Assembly: GCA_036265915.1 (NCBI GenBank)
Contig: DATAOC010000046.1
Location: 4,787 to 68,786, forward strand
Direction: 5' to 3'
DNA length: 64,000 bases
Source: Candidatus Methylomirabilota bacterium
GTDB taxonomy: Bacteria > Methylomirabilota > Methylomirabilia > Rokubacteriales > CSP1-6
Shown: positions 60,744 to 64,000 of the stretch, in pieces
How the letters are laid out: every line of letters begins with the position of its first letter
Position numbering within the stretch: the first letter of the stretch is position 1
Translations under genes and position numbers: made by a program
The notes under the pieces: generated by a model
Database searches by the model: none
Seen by the model: only the letters and a program-made list of their open reading frames with translations
Told to the model about the DNA's origin: nothing

Positions 60744-62528
60744 CTACTCGAGCTCGATGGTCGCCGGTGGCTTGTTGGTCACGTCGTAGACGACGGCATC
60801 GACGCGACCCAGTGTCGCCAGCGACTCGGTGATCTCGCGCACGACCGAGGCCGGCAGCCGCGCGTACTCCGCTGTCATACCATCGCGTGAATTGACGGGA
60901 CGCAGCACGATCGTCTCGCCGCCCGGCGCCGCGCCGAGTGGCAGCATCCCGATCGGCAGCTGCCAGATGGCGTCGTAGAGATCGTGCGCGCGCACGATGC
61001 GCGTCACGATATCGTCGGCGGCGCGCAGCAGCGCCACCCGCTCCCGCGTGAGCGTCGCCGGATGGATGCCGAGCGCGCCGAACGCGCGCTGCGGCCGTCG
61101 GTAAACGACGTCGACCACGCGATTGATCGCGCGATGCTCGTTCGTCACCCGCCGCGACAGCGCGCCCGCCTCGTCCACGCCGCCGGTGCCTTCCAGCGCG
61201 AGCAGCTGCGAGTAGCTGCGCTCGTCGCCCTGTACGCCGACGGTCCGCACCGGCACCACGAAGCCGGCCACGCCGGCCGGCAGCGCGACGGACGCCGGCT
61301 GCACGGCCGCGCCGTGATCGCTGCACACGCAGCGGACGGCAAGGCCCGGGCCGGGGAACGGATGCCGCCACACGACCTCGTGCGGCAGACCCAGCTCCTC
61401 GCCGAGCACCCGCACCTCGTCCTTGTAGAAGTCCACCAGCGGCTCGATCACCCTGCCCTGGTCGAGCAGCGCCTGGATGCGCGGCGCGCGGTTGTGATGC
61501 GTCTTGATCTTCGCCGCATGGCGAGCGCCGCCGGATTCGATCGTGTCGGGATAGATCGTGCCCTGGCCGAGCAGCCAGTCGCGATCACGCAGGCCGAGCT
61601 TGGCGAACTCGTCCTCCTGCACGTCGACGAACACGTCGCCGATGATGGCGCGCTTCTGCTCGGGATTGGTGACCCCGGCCAAACGAGCGAAGAAATCCGC
61701 GCTCCGATCGGCGACACGCACGGCGCCCGTGCCGACGGCGCGCTCGAGATAGTGCATGGCGTCGGTATCGCTCTCGCGCATGAAGCCGGTGTCCACGTAC
61801 AGGCCGAGGACTCGCTCGGGGCCGAGGGCCTGGGCGCAGAGGTAGAACGCCACCGTGGAGTCGACGCCGCCGCTGATGAGAAAGAACACCTTGCGGTCGC
61901 CGACGGTGGCCCGGATGCTGCCCATGACCTGATCCAGCCGGGCGCGAGGATCCCAGTCCCGCGTGGCGCCGCAGACATCGAACACGAAGGTCCTGAGGAT
62001 CTCCGTGCCGTGCTCGGTGTGAACGACCTCGGGATGGAACTGCAAGCCGAACAGCCGCCGGCCTCGATGCTCCATCGCGGCGACCTTGCAGTCGTCGGTC
62101 TCGCCCACGATCGCAAAGCCGGGCGGAATGTCGACCACGGTGTCGCCGTGGCTCATCCAGACCCTGAGGGATCTGGTCGGAACATTGCGAAAGAGCAGAC
62201 ATTCGCCCGTATGCAGTGACGAATGGCCGTACTCCTTCGTCACCCCAGGCTCCACACGCCCCAAGAGGTCACGCGCCATCAGCTGGTGGCCGTAGCAGAT
62301 GCCGAGAACGGGAATGCCGAGCTCGTAGATGCGCCGGTCCACCGCGGGGCTCGTCGCCTCGACGACGCTGGACGGTCCACCGGAGATGATGACGCCGCGG
62401 GCGCCGGCAAGCTCGGCGGCGGGCTTGTTGACGTCGGCGACCACTGCGTGTACCCCGAGCTCCCGGATCCGGCGCGCGATGAGATGGCAATACTGACCGC
62501 CGGCGTTCAGGACGACGATCTGACTCAC
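60744..62528 (-). CDS. guaA: GMP synthase (glutamine-hydrolysing), long form with extra C-terminal module
   Basis: 594 aa from the GTG at 62528, with GATase GICYGHQ...HPE, ATP-PPase SGGVDS and C-terminal KPPATIELE. An 85-aa module (residues about 401-485) resembles a second copy of the dimerisation domain. Confidence 0.9.
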   Translation of the reverse strand: MSQIVVLNAGGQYCHLIARRIRELGVHAVVADVNKPAAELAGARGVIISGGPSSVVEATSPAVDRRIYELGIPVLGICYGHQLMARDLLGRVEPGVTKEYGHSSLHTGECLLFRNVPTRSLRVWMSHGDTVVDIPPGFAIVGETDDCKVAAMEHRGRRLFGLQFHPEVVHTEHGTEILRTFVFDVCGATRDWDPRARLDQVMGSIRATVGDRKVFFLISGGVDSTVAFYLCAQALGPERVLGLYVDTGFMRESDTDAMHYLERAVGTGAVRVADRSADFFARLAGVTNPEQKRAIIGDVFVDVQEDEFAKLGLRDRDWLLGQGTIYPDTIESGGARHAAKIKTHHNRAPRIQALLDQGRVIEPLVDFYKDEVRVLGEELGLPHEVVWRHPFPGPGLAVRCVCSDHGAAVQPASVALPAGVAGFVVPVRTVGVQGDERSYSQLLALEGTGGVDEAGALSRRVTNEHRAINRVVDVVYRRPQRAFGALGIHPATLTRERVALLRAADDIVTRIVRAHDLYDAIWQLPIGMLPLGAAPGGETIVLRPVNSRDGMTAEYARLPASVVREITESLATLGRVDAVVYDVTNKPPATIELE

Positions 62529-62542
62529 GACCTGGCGACCGT

Positions 62543-63703
62543 CTACCGCGGCCGTCCCAGTTTCTGCGCCTGCTGGAACACCTTGCCTTCGGTCTTGATC
62601 GTGGGGGCGATGATCAGCTCCGTCTGCTGCAGCTCACGGATGGACCGGGCCCCCACCGAGCCCATGCACGTGCGGATGGCGCCCACGAGGTTCAGCGTGC
62701 CGTCCTCGGTGAACGCGGGGCCGAACAGGATCTGCTCGAGCGAGCCGGCCGTGCCCACGCGGATGCGCGTGCCGCGCGGCAGGTTGCTGTGCGGCGTCGC
62801 CATGCCCCAGTGGTAGCCCTTGCCGGGCGCCTCGTGCGCGCGCGCGAAGGCCGAGCCGATCATGACGGCGTCGGCGCCGGACGCGAACGCCTTGCAGACG
62901 TCGCCACCGGTCGTCATGCCGCCGTCGGTGATGATGGGAACGTACCGGCCGGTGGTCTTGTAGTGGAAGTCGCGCGCAGCCGCCGCGTCCGCCGTCGCCG
63001 TCACCTGGGGCACGCCGAGCCCGAGCACCTCGCGGCTCGTGCACGCAGCCCCCGGGCCGACGCCGATGAGCAGCGCGTCGGCGCCGACGTCCATCAGCTC
63101 CAGGCACGCCTCGTAGGTGACCACGTTGCCGATGACGAGCGGGATGGCGAGCTGCTTCTTGAGCTTTCGGAGATCGACCGGCGTGTACTCGGTGGCGATG
63201 TGGCGGGCCGTCGTGACCGTGGACTGCACCACGAAGATGTCGGCGCCGGCCTCCTGGGCGATCTGGCCGAACCGCTCGGCGCGCTGCGGTATGGACGACA
63301 CGACCGCGGGCCCGCCGCCCTTCTTGATCTCCCGGATGCGCTGGTGGATCAGCTCTTCCTTGATGGGCTCGCTGTAGATGGACTGGATGATCTTGGTGGC
63401 TTCTTCCTGGCTGGCGGAGACGATGCGCTCGAGCACGTCATCCGGATTCGGATAGCGCGAGAAGATGCCTTCCAGGTTCAGGACGGCGAGACCACCGTGC
63501 TTGCCCATCTCCACGGCGAGGCGCGGCCCGACGACGCCGTCCATGGCGGCCGCGATGATCGGCAGGTCGTACCGGTGGCCGCACAGCTCCCAGGAGATGT
63601 CGACCTCGTTCGGGTTGACGGTCAGGGCGCCGGGGACGAGCGCGATGTCATCGAAGCCGTACGCGACCCTCGCCTTCCGCCCTCGCCCCACCCACATCCC
63701 CAT
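62543..63703 (-). CDS. guaB3: GuaB3-family IMP dehydrogenase-related protein (no CBS pair)
   Basis: The ATG at 63703 is preceded by AGGAGGAG (Met23 of listed ORF). 386 aa, IMPDH-barrel sequence without a CBS insertion. Confidence 0.85.
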   Translation of the reverse strand: MGMWVGRGRKARVAYGFDDIALVPGALTVNPNEVDISWELCGHRYDLPIIAAAMDGVVGPRLAVEMGKHGGLAVLNLEGIFSRYPNPDDVLERIVSASQEEATKIIQSIYSEPIKEELIHQRIREIKKGGGPAVVSSIPQRAERFGQIAQEAGADIFVVQSTVTTARHIATEYTPVDLRKLKKQLAIPLVIGNVVTYEACLELMDVGADALLIGVGPGAACTSREVLGLGVPQVTATADAAAARDFHYKTTGRYVPIITDGGMTTGGDVCKAFASGADAVMIGSAFARAHEAPGKGYHWGMATPHSNLPRGTRIRVGTAGSLEQILFGPAFTEDGTLNLVGAIRTCMGSVGARSIRELQQTELIIAPTIKTEGKVFQQAQKLGRPR

Positions 63704-63814
63704 CGGTTGTCTCCTCCTGGGGCCGCCGCCCGCCGCCGGCAGGTCCCAAATATAGGGATCGACGCTCACTCGCCCACTAGATTTGGTGCAGTATACTGAC
63801 GGCCCTCCCGGCCG

Positions 63815-64000
63815 TCAAGGGAGCCGGCGCTCGTAGAGCAGGCGCAGTCCCTCGAGCCCGAGGTCCTCGTTGACGTGGTCGATGGAGCGCGCCACGTCGG
63901 CGATGAGGGCGGCGTAACCACCCGTCGCGATGACCTTCGCCTGGCCGGCGAGCTCGGCCTTCATCCGCGCCACCAGCCCATCCACGAGGCCGGCGTAGCC
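63815..64000 (-). CDS. coaX: Type III pantothenate kinase, C-terminal fragment (5' end outside window)
   Basis: My own translation of the minus strand gives [61 protein letters not shown]. This is a typical CoaX C-terminus. It is absent from the ORF track because no start lies in the window. Confidence 0.75.
   Translation of the reverse strand, partial: GYAGLVDGLVARMKAELAGQAKVIATGGYAALIADVARSIDHVNEDLGLEGLRLLYERRLP

Overview
This is a 64-kb, very GC-rich (about 70%) and densely coding bacterial chromosomal segment. I call 68 protein-coding genes, two of them truncated at the window edges. I found no rRNA, tRNA, CRISPR array, transposase, integrase or prophage signature. The only mobile-type element is a 149-aa mini-intein inside dnaE.

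Gene content from left to right:
- A LivG/LivF ABC ATPase pair.
- A large catabolic island (about 1-16.8 kb). It holds a CoxM/CoxS-like FAD subunit and 2Fe-2S subunit, two paralogous molybdopterin large subunits, an ACMSD-type amidohydrolase, two NitT/TauT-type ABC importers with three NMT1-like binding proteins, an M20 peptidase and an alpha/beta hydrolase.
- A hydantoinase A/B pair transcribed divergently from a class-III aminotransferase.
- Assorted housekeeping and envelope genes: YpfJ, SDR, PLD lipoprotein, MaoC, fumC, DJ-1, 2-hydroxyacid dehydrogenase, MlaC-SPOR fusion, chrA, tag, tautomerase.
- A bacterial topoisomerase IB, then treZ plus a GDE-type debranching enzyme.
- A family-1 encapsulin with an encapsulated-ferritin cargo, next to a divergent Rieske protein.
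- A translationally coupled bactofilin module with two orphan receivers.
- A seven-gene minus-strand string running from miaB to paaK and a PaaA-like gene.
- A divergent fructose-1,6-bisphosphate aldolase/phosphatase homolog with a SorC regulator.
- accA, dnaE (with the intein), a long-form guaA, guaB3 and the end of coaX.

Most function calls rest on motifs I can read in the supplied translations plus family knowledge. No database search was run. Start codons were chosen from frame-checked ATG/GTG positions, Shine-Dalgarno-like sequences and start/stop overlaps.

I see no unambiguous novel multi-gene system. The most system-like or unusual items are:
- the encapsulin nanocompartment locus and its Rieske neighbour;
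- the dnaE mini-intein;
- the split molybdenum-hydroxylase island;
- the MlaC-SPOR fusion;
- the zinc-ribbon/bactofilin/TPR/receiver operon;
- the orphan PaaA-like/PaaK pair with two unknown small proteins;
- the expanded FBP aldolase/phosphatase homolog.

The many long Arg/Ala/Pro-rich ORFs lying antisense to these genes are treated as high-GC artefacts.
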